NCBI GenBank assembly: GCA_965248755.1
Contig: OZ252149.1
Coordinates: forward strand, 3,584,001-3,648,000
Origin: Candidatus Latescibacterota bacterium
Lineage (GTDB): Bacteria; Latescibacterota; CBDEFO01
DNA length: 64,000 nucleotides
Direction: 5' to 3'
In this document: piece after piece, positions 51,501 to 60,509 of the stretch
Position numbering within the stretch: the first letter of the stretch is position 1
How the letters are laid out: each line of letters starts with the position of its first letter
The notes under the pieces: generated by a model
Told to the model about the DNA's origin: nothing
The model's input: the letters and a program-made list of their open reading frames with translations, nothing else
The model's database searches: none
Position numbers and translations under genes: made by a program

Positions 51501-51753
51501 ATCCGTTTTGGTACCTCTGGTCGCAGCCCTGCATAGCTTTGTAGCGCTGGAATATGTCTTTATATGCCCTTCCCCATGCATGATGCACGCCCATAGGGTT
51601 ATTGGCAGTTATGGGACCGTCCAAAAATGAGAAGCGTTTGTTTCCTCTGTTTTTTTCTCTTAGTTTATTAAACGCATCAGTTTGGCTCCAAAACTTTAAG
51701 ATGCGGCGCTCCATTTTGGGGAAGTCTAATTCGCCTGGAAGTTCTTTGAACAT
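48574..51753 (-). CDS. ileS: Isoleucine--tRNA ligase, type 2, with non-canonical GVHH and EMHKS motifs
   Basis: DGPITANNPMGVHH, WTTTPWT, GTGIVHIAP, DWCISK, NWYVRRSRRRFW, EGFAREFVHKVQNMRK. Confidence 0.96.
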   Translation of the reverse strand: MFKELPGELDFPKMERRILKFWSQTDAFNKLREKNRGNKRFSFLDGPITANNPMGVHHAWGRAYKDIFQRYKAMQGCDQRYQNGFDCQGLWVEVEVEKELGFNSKLDIEKYGIAEFVQKCKERVRKYAAIQTQESVRLGYWMDWDNSYYTMSDENNYSIWHFLKKCHKNGWIYKGTDVMPWCPRCGTALSEHEIVTEGYKEIAHRSPYVKFTLKDRPNEHLLLWTTTPWTLTSNVAAAVHPEMTYVKVQQGDDYYYLARSRLDASIDGDFKVVEEMTGRKLSGLTYSGPFDALPPQKGVEHRVIAWNEVSETEGTGIVHIAPGCGKEDFALSKEEDLEVIAPLDEFGNYIEGFDWLVDKNAQDASEEIIEDLQKRGILYKVEDYTHRYPVCWRCDSELVFRLVDEWFIYMDELRYKIMDVSKKIRWIPDFGLERELDWLKNMHDWCISKKRYWGLALPIYECECGHFDVIGSKEELEERAVGGWEDFEGNSPHRPWVDAVKIECKKCKKKVTRIKDVGNPWLDAGIVAYSTLNYRGDREYWDRWFPADFITESFAGQFRNWFYSLLAMSTVLENREPFRTVLGHAQVRDERSEEMHKSKGNAIWFKDAAEKMGVDIMRWIFSLQNPVINLNFGYSAGDDAKRELLTLWNTVKFFITYANLDKYDPKRESPPVDQRHLLDRWIISKLNLLIFDSVKSMDDYNTASMVRGARDFTDELSNWYVRRSRRRFWKSENDTDKLAAYTTLYECISTLSKILAPVLPFLSEEIYQSAVRFDNGNMPESVHHCEYPRPDESLIEADLMDQMRAAIRVTGLGRSIRNNTQLKIRQPLSEFLIVFKDEATTDGLGNLEGIVKDELNVKEIKILDDPVDLVRYSIKPNFSALGPKYGNLMPKIKSALESVDGSDAVDRLKSGSDIQIEVEGEKITITPEEAEVEISPREGMAVAEDQSFLVALDTRLSDGLISEGFAREFVHKVQNMRKACDFEVSDRIKIKYRSSDKFKSAIANFGDYIKTETLCINLEACDEHGVGSPQEVGAPPCGDSVQKENVNGQDVIISVERIL

Positions 51754-51815
51754 CTGTGGTTCCTCTAAGTAAGTAGACAGTAGTCAGTAGACAGGGGACA
51801 CCTCACCCATTCCTT

Positions 51816-51938
51816 GAGATTGCTTCGGGGTTTTACCCTTCGCATTGACTAAGGGTCGAAGCCAAGGAACTAAACTACACAAACTGTTATTGCGAGCCTT
51901 TAGCCCAGAGCGAAGCAAAGGGTCTGCGAAGCAATCTC
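51816..51938. repeat. GAGATTGC..GCAATGAC / GTCATTGC..GCAATCTC paired palindromic element
   Basis: One of about 8 copies (34562, 35040, 36003, 37065, 46052, 51816, 52791, 54389). Confidence 0.8.
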
Positions 51939-51942
51939 CTAT

Positions 51943-52764
51943 TTAAATTTCCTCTATCACCCTTTTCATCAGCCTTGTGAGCTTTGGCTCAGCTTCGTTT
52001 GCCACCTTTATGATTTCATTGATGTCGGCAGGCCTCAGGGCATCTGGAAGGCATGAGTCCGTGATGATGGAAAATCCGAGCACCCTCATTCCCGAATGGA
52101 CAGCCACGATGTCCTCAGGGACTGTGGACATACCTACAACATCTGCGCCTATGGACCTTAGAAATCTGTATTCTGCGGCGGTCTCCAGATTAGGGCCGGG
52201 GACTGCTACGTAGACGCCCTTCTGGTATTTGATCTTCTCATCTATTGCGATTCTTTCTGATAGACAGATCAGTTCTCTTGAGTAGGGCTCGGACATATCG
52301 GGGAATCTGGGGCCAAGTTCGTCGTCGTTGAGTCCAATAAGGGGGTTGTCGCCCAAGAGATTTATGTGGTCGGCTATGATCATAATATCGCCAACTGAAA
52401 ACTGTGGATTCATCCCGCCGCAGGCGTTGGATACGATGAGTGTCTCTGCACCGAGGGCTTTCATCACCCTTACAGGGAAGGTTATCTGTTTCATCGTATA
52501 GCCTTCGTAGTAGTGGAACCTGCCCTGCATAGCCACGATGCTTTTTCCCGATAGCATTCCGAAGATGAGTCTCCCACTGTGGGTCTCAACCGTTGAGATA
52601 GGGAAGTGAGGTATCTCCTGGTAGGGGATCGCAAGTTCCCGCTCTATCTCATCGGCAAGGGCACCCAGGCCCGTGCCCAAAATTATGCCTACAGAGGGAG
52701 TAGAGTCAGTCTTGGTACGGATTAATTCGAGCGCTTTGTTTATGTGTCTTCTTAAATCTGTCAT
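51943..52764 (-). CDS. Purine-nucleoside phosphorylase (trimeric type)
   Basis: ILGTGLG, GRFHYYEG, NACGG, GPNLET, VGMSTVPE. Confidence 0.93.
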   Translation of the reverse strand: MTDLRRHINKALELIRTKTDSTPSVGIILGTGLGALADEIERELAIPYQEIPHFPISTVETHSGRLIFGMLSGKSIVAMQGRFHYYEGYTMKQITFPVRVMKALGAETLIVSNACGGMNPQFSVGDIMIIADHINLLGDNPLIGLNDDELGPRFPDMSEPYSRELICLSERIAIDEKIKYQKGVYVAVPGPNLETAAEYRFLRSIGADVVGMSTVPEDIVAVHSGMRVLGFSIITDSCLPDALRPADINEIIKVANEAEPKLTRLMKRVIEEI

Positions 52765-53098
52765 TTAGTCCTTTTATAAGGAATTGTTTCGAGATTGCAT
52801 CGCAGACCTTTCGCTCTAGGCTAAAGGCTCTGCGCTTCAGCTTGCAATGACATTGTTTGGCTTCGATCTTCAGTCATTCGTAAGAGGCAAAACCTGGGGG
52901 GTCGGAATTGCTGTCTGACGAAGCAATCTCCCTGTCTGCTGGGCAAACACATGGGTTTGCCCCTGCATATGTTACTGTCTACTGGGCGAGGCGCCGTGGG
53001 CGCTTCGCTGGGGAGTGGAGACAGCAAAGCACGAAGTGCCATCGCCCCTACTGTCTTTTGCCTTTCCCTGCCCCCGATTGAATCTATCGGGGGACTGT

Positions 53099-53368
53099 CT
53101 ACTGTTTGCTGTCTACTGGGCGAGGGAACCTCGCCCCTACTATCTCTATAACTTTGTAGCGGCTATTTTGACCCGATACTATGGAGATCTTCGATTTTGG
53201 GATATTCAGTTCTTTGGAAAGCAAGTTTAGGACTTTGCTGTTTGCCTTGCCCTCGCTCGGAGGAGCGGTGACCTTGATTTTCAAAGTTCCGTCTTTGTCC
53301 TTCCCTACTATTTGATCCCTTGAAGAACGGGGCAGAACCGTTACGTTCAGCCTTATTGGGACGGTCAT
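53099..53368 (-). CDS. DUF167/YggU family protein
   Basis: APPSEGKAN, ISIVSGQNSRYK. Confidence 0.88.
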   Translation of the reverse strand: MTVPIRLNVTVLPRSSRDQIVGKDKDGTLKIKVTAPPSEGKANSKVLNLLSKELNIPKSKISIVSGQNSRYKVIEIVGARFPRPVDSKQ

Positions 53369-53952
53369 GTCTCTTCGTCTTGGGTTTCAGTCATGGACAC
53401 TTCGTCCGCAGGTTCGGTGAGAATCTCCATTCCCTGTTCGTCATCGAAGTTAGATTCTAAAAGTTCTAATTGAGCGCTCAGATGGGACTTTAATTTGGCC
53501 GTAAGGGAGTTTCTGTATCGCTTAAGCTCCATAATGTCCCTTTCGAGTTTAGTTTCAATATCCGCGCCTTCTCTTTCGATTTGCCTTACTTTTTTCTCAG
53601 CTTCATCTATCCATTCGTTCCCTTTCTGTTCGGACTTTTTAATAATATCTTGGGCTTCTCCCCGGGCCTCTTTAACTATCAGTTCCGCCTCTTTTTTTGC
53701 GTTCTGCCGCGCCTCTTCTGCCGTAGCTTGAGCCGTAAGCAGGGTGTCTTGAAGGGTCTTTTCCATCTTCCTGTACTCTCCGATGGCCGACTCGAGGACA
53801 TTAGCGCTTTCTTGAAGGGTGGCGTTCTCTTGATTTAGTCTTTCAAACTCGTCTGCGACTATCTCTAAAAAGGCCATAACCTCTTCTCTATCGAACCCGC
53901 GCATGGCCTTTCTAAACTCCTGCTTCCTTATATCCAAAGGAGTAATCTTCAA
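53365..53952 (-). CDS. DivIVA-domain protein
   Basis: ITPLDIRKQEF...RGFDREEV, then coiled coil. Confidence 0.9.
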   Translation of the reverse strand: MKITPLDIRKQEFRKAMRGFDREEVMAFLEIVADEFERLNQENATLQESANVLESAIGEYRKMEKTLQDTLLTAQATAEEARQNAKKEAELIVKEARGEAQDIIKKSEQKGNEWIDEAEKKVRQIEREGADIETKLERDIMELKRYRNSLTAKLKSHLSAQLELLESNFDDEQGMEILTEPADEVSMTETQDEET

Positions 53953-54038
53953 GGTCAACACCCCATTTTTATGTAGACAGCATACAGTAGACAGCATACA
54001 GTAGACAGGGGCACTTCATCCCTCCTGTTCACTGTCTA

Positions 54039-54323
54039 CTAAATGTTTATGGATCGCAAGATGAGTTGTATCACATATATAGCGACAATGACGATTATCG
54101 GCGAAAGGTCTATTCCCGTGCTCCACATGAGTCTTGGGAACTGCCGTCTTACAAACGACAGTGTCGGTTCTGTTATGTTGTATAAAAATTGGACTATCGG
54201 GTTATAGGGATCGGGATTCACCCACGAGATAAGGGATCGTATGATTATTATCCAAATATAAAGATGTAAAATACTGTCGATGATCCCAATGAATCCGTAG
54301 AAAAAGCCTCTAAGATCAAACAT
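54039..54323 (-). CDS. YggT family membrane protein
   Basis: ISWVNPDPYNPIV, TEP, IDLSPII. Confidence 0.9.
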   Translation of the reverse strand: MFDLRGFFYGFIGIIDSILHLYIWIIIIRSLISWVNPDPYNPIVQFLYNITEPTLSFVRRQFPRLMWSTGIDLSPIIVIVAIYVIQLILRSINI

Positions 54324-54518
54324 TTTGTTTTTCTTCCGCTAGTTTCACCTTTTCCATTTGCGGGGAATGGGGGAGGTGCCCTGTCTATGAGATTGTTTCG
54401 GGACCAATTCCCCTAGCAATGACCAAAAGCCGAAAACGGACCGTTTTATTGCAAGGCGCCGTGCCCGCTTTCTTGGGGAGGCAGAAGCCCACAAAATGGG
54501 CTAAGCTATCTCCTCTGG

Positions 54519-55238
54519 CTACGTGTTTAGCTGTCTTGAGCCAAATATCGCAGTTCCTATCCTGACCATATTGGAGCCTTCCTCGATTGCGATTTCAAAA
54601 TCCGCCGTCATTCCCATAGAGAGGAGCTCCATATCTGTGTGGGGGATATGTGCTCTTTGGACTTCTTCTTTTAGTTTCCTCAGGTTCACAAAGCAGGGTC
54701 GCACATCTTCCGGGTTCGGAAGAAACGCCCCCATTGTCATCAATCCTTTTATCTTCAGGTTATCAAATCTGCTTATAGCTCCCAAGAAATCAATGACTTC
54801 CTCAGGTTCGAGTCCGAATTTGGTCTCCTCCCCTGAGGTGTTGACCTGGACCAGGGCAGGGGCGACCACTCCCATAGCTTTTGCTTTATCGTCTATTTCA
54901 TGGGCGAGTCTTATGTTTTCCACCGAGTGTATAAGGTCGAAGATCTGTAGAGCTTTCTTAACCTTGTTTCGCTGGAGGTGTCCCACCAGATGCCAGCTTA
55001 CGGGCGGATTTTCGCCATAACTCTCTTTGCTGATGGCGCTCCGTTTGCTTTCGGCTTCCTGGACCCTGTTTTCGCCTATGATCCCAACTCCGGCCTTTAG
55101 AGCTTCCTCTATTTCCCGTGCCGTCTTTGTTTTGGACACGGCCACAAGCGTGATGTCATCGAACGACCGCCCTGAGCGCCCCGCGGCTTCGGATATCCTG
55201 TCCTGGACTCTCTTTAGATTCTCAGCGATCTCGGGCAT
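54519..55238 (-). CDS. yggS: PLP homeostasis protein YggS/PLPBP
   Basis: LVAVSKT, GENRVQE, HLQRNK, LSMGMTAD, VRIGTAIFG. Confidence 0.95.
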   Translation of the reverse strand: MPEIAENLKRVQDRISEAAGRSGRSFDDITLVAVSKTKTAREIEEALKAGVGIIGENRVQEAESKRSAISKESYGENPPVSWHLVGHLQRNKVKKALQIFDLIHSVENIRLAHEIDDKAKAMGVVAPALVQVNTSGEETKFGLEPEEVIDFLGAISRFDNLKIKGLMTMGAFLPNPEDVRPCFVNLRKLKEEVQRAHIPHTDMELLSMGMTADFEIAIEEGSNMVRIGTAIFGSRQLNT

Positions 55239-55697
55239 AAGTCCATCACCGCCTAAGTGTGGGTAAGATATATAATATACTACAAATTTAGGCTTTTGCA
55301 ACAAAAAAAATGGAGAGGTACTATCCTTATAGAAAATCATGAACTCTACGCTCATAGATAAAGCAAAATCTGATGTTATTCCGAGAAGGGAAAAGACCTT
55401 GCTTTTCGGGTCAGTCGAAATTATATTATACTTGTAGGGGCTATTATAACTGACACAAGCAGTTACGCAGGTCTTATCCCACTCCAAACGCAAAATATGA
55501 GGCGACATTTTGGTGACATTCTTAACATCTAAAGGAGGAAATTGCCCTGAATTGGTAAGAGTTCAAACCGACTGGGTCAAATTGGACAAAAGAGGTGGGC
55601 GTAGCCAAAGAGAATGGAACGCGCCTCTCTTATGACTTATGAATTTTAAGATTGCGCTTCAGACCAAACCCTATAACCAATTAGAAGGAAAGAGACG

Positions 55698-56558
55698 ATG
55701 AAAAGATTGATGCTCAGCGTTCTATGTCTTTCGGCGTTCAATGTATATGCTCCAGATACGCATGCTCAAGAAGAGAACCAACCGGTATATGAGTGGAAAC
55801 ATAGCCTAATCGGGGCGTTGACCTTGACACAGGTTTCGTTTGCCAATTGGACGCAGGGAGGTGAAAACGCCATCGCCTGGACATTCTCTATTGATGGCAA
55901 ATCTGTTGATGACCGTCCCAAGATGAACTGGTCAAACTCCTACAAATTTGCCTTCGGCCAAACCCGGTTAGGGGATCAAGGACTCCGGAAGACCGATGAT
56001 AAGCTTGATCTAGAGACGGTCTTTACACATAAATTAGGCTCCTATGTTAATCCGTACTTCGCAGCGACGCTTAAGACGCAGTTCGCCGAGGGATTTAAGT
56101 ACGACAAAGCTGGGGGAAAGACCGCAGTATCCGAGTTTTTCGACCCGGCGTACGTTACCCAAAGTGCTGGAGCAGGTTACCAGCCCCTGAAGCAGATAAA
56201 GACACGCTTCGGCGTCGCTGTCCGGGAGACCATTACACGCAAATTTAACGTCTATGCCGATGATCCCAAGACAGCCGAAATCGAAAAGATCAAAGTGGAG
56301 ATCGGTCTGGAGTCGGTGATAGATATCGAGTGGAAGCTTCACGAAAGGTTCCTTGTTGTGTCCAAACTCGAGTTATTCTCCAAATTCGAACAACCTATTG
56401 ACGATCTTGTGGTTCGCAATGATAACACTATCTCCCTGAAGATGAGCAAGTATACCACTGTGAATCTCAACGTTCAGCTCATCAACGAGGAGAAATCGAG
56501 CCCGAAAACACAGGTCAAGCAAGCCCTCTCATTCGGATTGAGCTATTCGCTGTTGTAA
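55698..56558 (+). CDS. DUF3078-like outer-membrane protein
   Basis: Signal peptide, NWTQGG, RKTDD, FFDPAY, C-terminal LSFGLSYSLL. Confidence 0.7.
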   Translation: MKRLMLSVLCLSAFNVYAPDTHAQEENQPVYEWKHSLIGALTLTQVSFANWTQGGENAIAWTFSIDGKSVDDRPKMNWSNSYKFAFGQTRLGDQGLRKTDDKLDLETVFTHKLGSYVNPYFAATLKTQFAEGFKYDKAGGKTAVSEFFDPAYVTQSAGAGYQPLKQIKTRFGVAVRETITRKFNVYADDPKTAEIEKIKVEIGLESVIDIEWKLHERFLVVSKLELFSKFEQPIDDLVVRNDNTISLKMSKYTTVNLNVQLINEEKSSPKTQVKQALSFGLSYSLL

Positions 56559-56600
56559 CTGCTGACATTGCCAACAGCCTTATCAGGTAAGTTTAAAATA

Positions 56601-57473
56601 ATGCAATGTACAATCTTCTTGTTGCTGTTAGTCGCCTTGAATATGCCTGCCTATGCACAGGATCTTTTCGGACCTGCGACCAACTATCCTACCGGGGATA
56701 GTCCCGAATCAGTTTTCATTGCGGATTTAGATGGCGATGGGGATAATGACCTGGCTGTGGCGAATTGGGGATCCTTTGATCCCGACTCAAGAAAATACAT
56801 CAATAGCAGTGTGTCAGTGCTGCTGAATAATGGAGACGGGCAATTTGCACCTAAGATGGACTATGAAACAGGGACCAATCCCCAGTCAGTTTTCATTGCG
56901 GATTTAGATGGCGATGGGGATAATGACCTGGCTGTGGCTAATCGGTTCAGCGATACTGTGTCAGTGCTCTTAAATAATGGAGATGGGCAATTTGCCACTA
57001 AGGTGGACTATCCTGTTGGGATTGATCCGTTTTAAGTTTTTAGCACGGATTTAGATGGCGATGGAGACAATGACTTAGCTGCGGCTAACAGGTTTAGCGC
57101 TAACGTTTCAGTGCTGTTCAATAATGGAGATGGTACATTTGCAGCTCATATGGACTATGCCACTGGGTCTAATCCTACATCAGTTCTCATCACAGATCTA
57201 GATGGCGATGGAGATAATTACTTGGCTGTGACTAATAATCGCAGCAACACTGTGTCAGTGTTGTTGAACCTTTCCCGCCCGGTTGATCTCCCTGGCCTTG
57301 CAGGAGATTTCGACGGGAATAATGAAGTAGATCTCGCTGATTTTGTGCGTTTTCTGGATGTGTTCGGGGCGGCGGCTACTCCAGCTAATTCTATATTCGA
57401 TTTGGATGGTAACGGAGAGATAGGTCTGTCCGACTTTGTGATCTTTCTGGATAACTTTGGCAGGACACAATAG
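56601..57473 (+). pseudogene. FG-GAP repeat + dockerin-like secreted protein with in-frame TAA at 57033-57035
   Basis: Both ORF pieces are in the same frame; TAA occupies the TCA(Ser) position of the other repeats. Confidence 0.8.
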
Positions 57474-57574
57474 TCTTATAGTTGTTAACTGACCAGGGAA
57501 GTTGGTCTTGATGAAATAGGCTTGCTTGGCTTCCGTCTTGAGTCATTGACGAAGATATGCGAGGAGCTTAAGAT

Positions 57575-57796
57575 ATGATCCGAAAGTCTGTTAGCTCAAG
57601 TAACCTACACTCAGTTGGTTATGACCCAGAATCCCAAACTTTGGAAATAGAGTTTAATAACGGAGGCATTTACCAGTATTATTATGTACCAGAATCCGTA
57701 CACAATGAACTGATGTCGGCATCTTCCCATGGTAAGTACTTTCATCGTCATATCAAAAACAAATATCGTTGGACAAGAATTCGAAAGGGGAGATAA
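57575..57796 (+). CDS. KTSC-domain protein
   Basis: [12 protein letters not shown]...LEIEF.NG.IYQY..VP...[11 protein letters not shown]...IK. Confidence 0.92.
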   Translation: MIRKSVSSSNLHSVGYDPESQTLEIEFNNGGIYQYYYVPESVHNELMSASSHGKYFHRHIKNKYRWTRIRKGR

Positions 57797-57800
57797 GTAA

Positions 57801-59753
57801 ATGATAATAGAATCAGTCCGTGTTCGAAATTTCCGTTGTATTCGCGATGAAACGTTGCCTTGCGAAGAACTTACAGTGCTGGTTGGCCCAAATGGCTCTG
57901 GGAAATCTTCGTTTCTACAGGCTTTATATTTGTTCTACACACCCGTGGCAAAATACACTGAAGATGACTTCTTTGGTAGAGATACTTCACAGGACATTGT
58001 AATTACAATTACGTTCATTGATTTGACAGAGGATGAAAGGGAGCTTTTCCGGAGATATCTGGAAAGCGGAAAATTAACAGTCGAAAAAGAGATAAATTGG
58101 CCTCAAGCGAAAGGAAACCAAAAATATTACGGAACAAGTTTGAAAAATTCTGAGTTCGATCCTTTTCGATCAGCAAAAGGAGCTATACAACTAAGGCAGG
58201 AATATAATAAACTACGTGAAAACGGATACTCTGATTGGCCCAATTATAAGAATAAGGACGACGCCGAAAAGGTGTTGCAGGAATGGGAGGAATCGCATCC
58301 TGACCAATGCTCACGTCAGCGGGATGAAGGTCAATTCTTCGGATTCAAAGAAGTCGGTGAATGTCATCTCGAGCGTTATACACGATTCATTTTAGTTCCA
58401 GCTGTTCGTGATGCATCTGACGAGGCAGCAGACAGAACAGGAACACTTTTAACAGAGATTATGGACTTGGTTGTACGAAGCGCTCTTGCACAACGAGAGG
58501 AAATAAAGGAATTTCAAGAAGGAGCCCAAAAACGGTACGAAGACATAATGGATCCAGCTAATCTTGCAGAATTGAAAAGAGTTGAGCAGGACCTGAGTGA
58601 TACACTTAAAACGTATGTCCCAGATGCGGGAGTTCAGTTAAAATGGTTAACCCAAAATGTTATTGAAATTCCAATGCCTAAAGCTGATATTAAACTTATA
58701 GAAGATGGATACCCCTCAGCGGTGGAATGCACTGGGCATGGCCTGCAACGTGTTTTTATCCTTACTATGCTTCAGCACCTTGCTACTCTGCAGTTACCTA
58801 TACAGGAAGGCTCGGAATCTTCTCTCAGTATCTCGAGCCTCATTATAGGTATAGAAGAGCCAGAACTTTATCAGCATCCCAATAGGCAGCGTAATCTGTC
58901 TAAAATCCTTCTCGACCTTGCGTCTAAAGATATAAAAGGTGTGGTGGAACGCATACAAATCATCTACACTACACATTCGCCATTATTCGTAGACATTGAC
59001 CGATTCGAGAAGGTGCGCGTACTACGTAAAATGAGTAAAGGGAGTGACAAACCAAAGGATACAGAATTGACCTTTACGAACCTCAGCCAAATTGCAAAAA
59101 TCATTGAAAAAGCGGACGAAAAGCCAGAAGGTACGTACAGTGCTATCACGTTGAAATCTCGCCTTCTAACTCTCATGACCCCTTGGATGAATGAAGGTTT
59201 CTTCGCTGATCTTGCTGTTTTGGTGGAGGGAGAACAGGACCGAGCTGCAATACTCGGGGTAGCTTCAGCACTAGGATCTGACTTGGAGAGTACGGGTATT
59301 TCAGTGATTCCCTGTATGGGTAAAAACAACTTAGATAAGCCAACAGCAATTTTCAGGGAACTTCATATTCCGGTATATGTTATATGGGATAGTGACTGTG
59401 GAAAACCCGGCGCACAATCAGAAGATAATCATAGATTATTAAGACTATTTGGCGAGAAGACTGAAGATTGGCCTGAGAAAGTAACAGAACAGTTTGCTTG
59501 CTTCAAAAAGACTCTTAAAGAGACTTTATGTACTGAAATAGGTGAGAAACTATTTGATGATATTTTAAAGGAAGAGTGTGATCGTTTATGTTTGGACAGG
59601 AGCAAAGACGCATACAAAAACCCTAAGGTTATTCAGAACATTATTTATGAAGCTCGTAAGAAAACGAAATCAAGCGAAACTTTGGAGAAGATAATTTCTA
59701 AGATTGATGACATGAGAAAACGAGGCAATCAAGCAGCTTCTCCAGGGGGATAG
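57801..59753 (+). CDS. OLD-family ATP-dependent nuclease (ABC ATPase + TOPRIM)
   Basis: GPNGSGKS, GHGLQR, IEEPELYQHP, TTHSP; TOPRIM LVEGEQD and WDSD. Confidence 0.88.
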   Translation: MIIESVRVRNFRCIRDETLPCEELTVLVGPNGSGKSSFLQALYLFYTPVAKYTEDDFFGRDTSQDIVITITFIDLTEDERELFRRYLESGKLTVEKEINWPQAKGNQKYYGTSLKNSEFDPFRSAKGAIQLRQEYNKLRENGYSDWPNYKNKDDAEKVLQEWEESHPDQCSRQRDEGQFFGFKEVGECHLERYTRFILVPAVRDASDEAADRTGTLLTEIMDLVVRSALAQREEIKEFQEGAQKRYEDIMDPANLAELKRVEQDLSDTLKTYVPDAGVQLKWLTQNVIEIPMPKADIKLIEDGYPSAVECTGHGLQRVFILTMLQHLATLQLPIQEGSESSLSISSLIIGIEEPELYQHPNRQRNLSKILLDLASKDIKGVVERIQIIYTTHSPLFVDIDRFEKVRVLRKMSKGSDKPKDTELTFTNLSQIAKIIEKADEKPEGTYSAITLKSRLLTLMTPWMNEGFFADLAVLVEGEQDRAAILGVASALGSDLESTGISVIPCMGKNNLDKPTAIFRELHIPVYVIWDSDCGKPGAQSEDNHRLLRLFGEKTEDWPEKVTEQFACFKKTLKETLCTEIGEKLFDDILKEECDRLCLDRSKDAYKNPKVIQNIIYEARKKTKSSETLEKIISKIDDMRKRGNQAASPGG

Positions 59754-59829
59754 GGGGGAGGGACTACACATTTTCGAGTGGACTCTGCATTATGCTGGAG
59801 TGCTGCTATAACGTTAGTGGCGAACGGGA

Positions 59830-60136
59830 TAAGGACAAGTACCGCTGGCACGAGCTTGTAAGCCACGATAGACTCAATCGGGGGGATGTTTTCAATCTTG
59901 CGGTAGAGCTACAGTGGAATCAGCGTGTCAAGGATATTACGCCCCTTTGGAGAGGGGAGGAGTACGGCGTAATCAATCTGCAGGATGGGGGCGTCTTTGA
60001 CGGAGTTCAGGCTACATATTCTCTAAAGACCAATCTGGATCTGACCCTCGGAACGCTCCTGTTTGCAACGTCAAACGGAGATAAGTTGGACGCCGCACAT
60101 AAAATCCACTCCGCCCAACTTGCCTGGTATTTTTGA
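59830..60136 (+). pseudogene. C-terminal fragment of an outer-membrane beta-barrel-like protein
   Basis: Amphipathic strands ending AQLAWYF; no credible N-terminus. Confidence 0.4.
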
Positions 60137-60248
60137 TAGCAGATAAGAAACTATCTTGGGCGAGCCGCCGTGTCAGGGAAAGTCAGGTTGACGTAGCGGA
60201 GCACGAAGTGTCCTTGCAAAGACAAAAGTTAAAAGAAGTCCTTCATAT

Positions 60249-60327
60249 GTAGGGGCAGACCCACGTGTCTGTCCCCGATAGATTCAATCGGGGATCTGAT
60301 TGGGCGAACACATGGGTTCGCCCCTAC
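60249..60327. repeat. GTAG-type REP doublet with a nested 21-nt palindrome
   Basis: GTAGGGGCAGACCCACGTGTCTGTCCC ... GGGCGAACACATGGGTTCGCCCCTAC enclosing CCCCGATAGATTCAATCGGGG. Confidence 0.85.
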
Positions 60328-60509
60328 GGGGCAGTGTCATAAAAGCTCTCTAAAATCGTCATCCTGAGGTGGCTTGGCCGCTTTGCTTGGGCGGCAGCAA
60401 TCCACGAAGTCGGCGAAGCTATCCCATAGACAACAGACAGGGCATATCCCTCCCAGGGCATATGTCTCCTTTCCACATCTGCCGTCCACTCTTTGCAATC
60501 CACTTGTTA

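Noticed and set aside
55495..55680. Prophage att site or tRNA fragment
   Set aside because: GGCGACATTTTGGTGACATT and a vague tRNA-like stretch are suggestive, but no partner repeat or integrase is visible.
57033..57035. Programmed read-through in the FG-GAP gene
   Set aside because: TAA replaces TCA of the repeat consensus, and neighbouring repeats show further decay.
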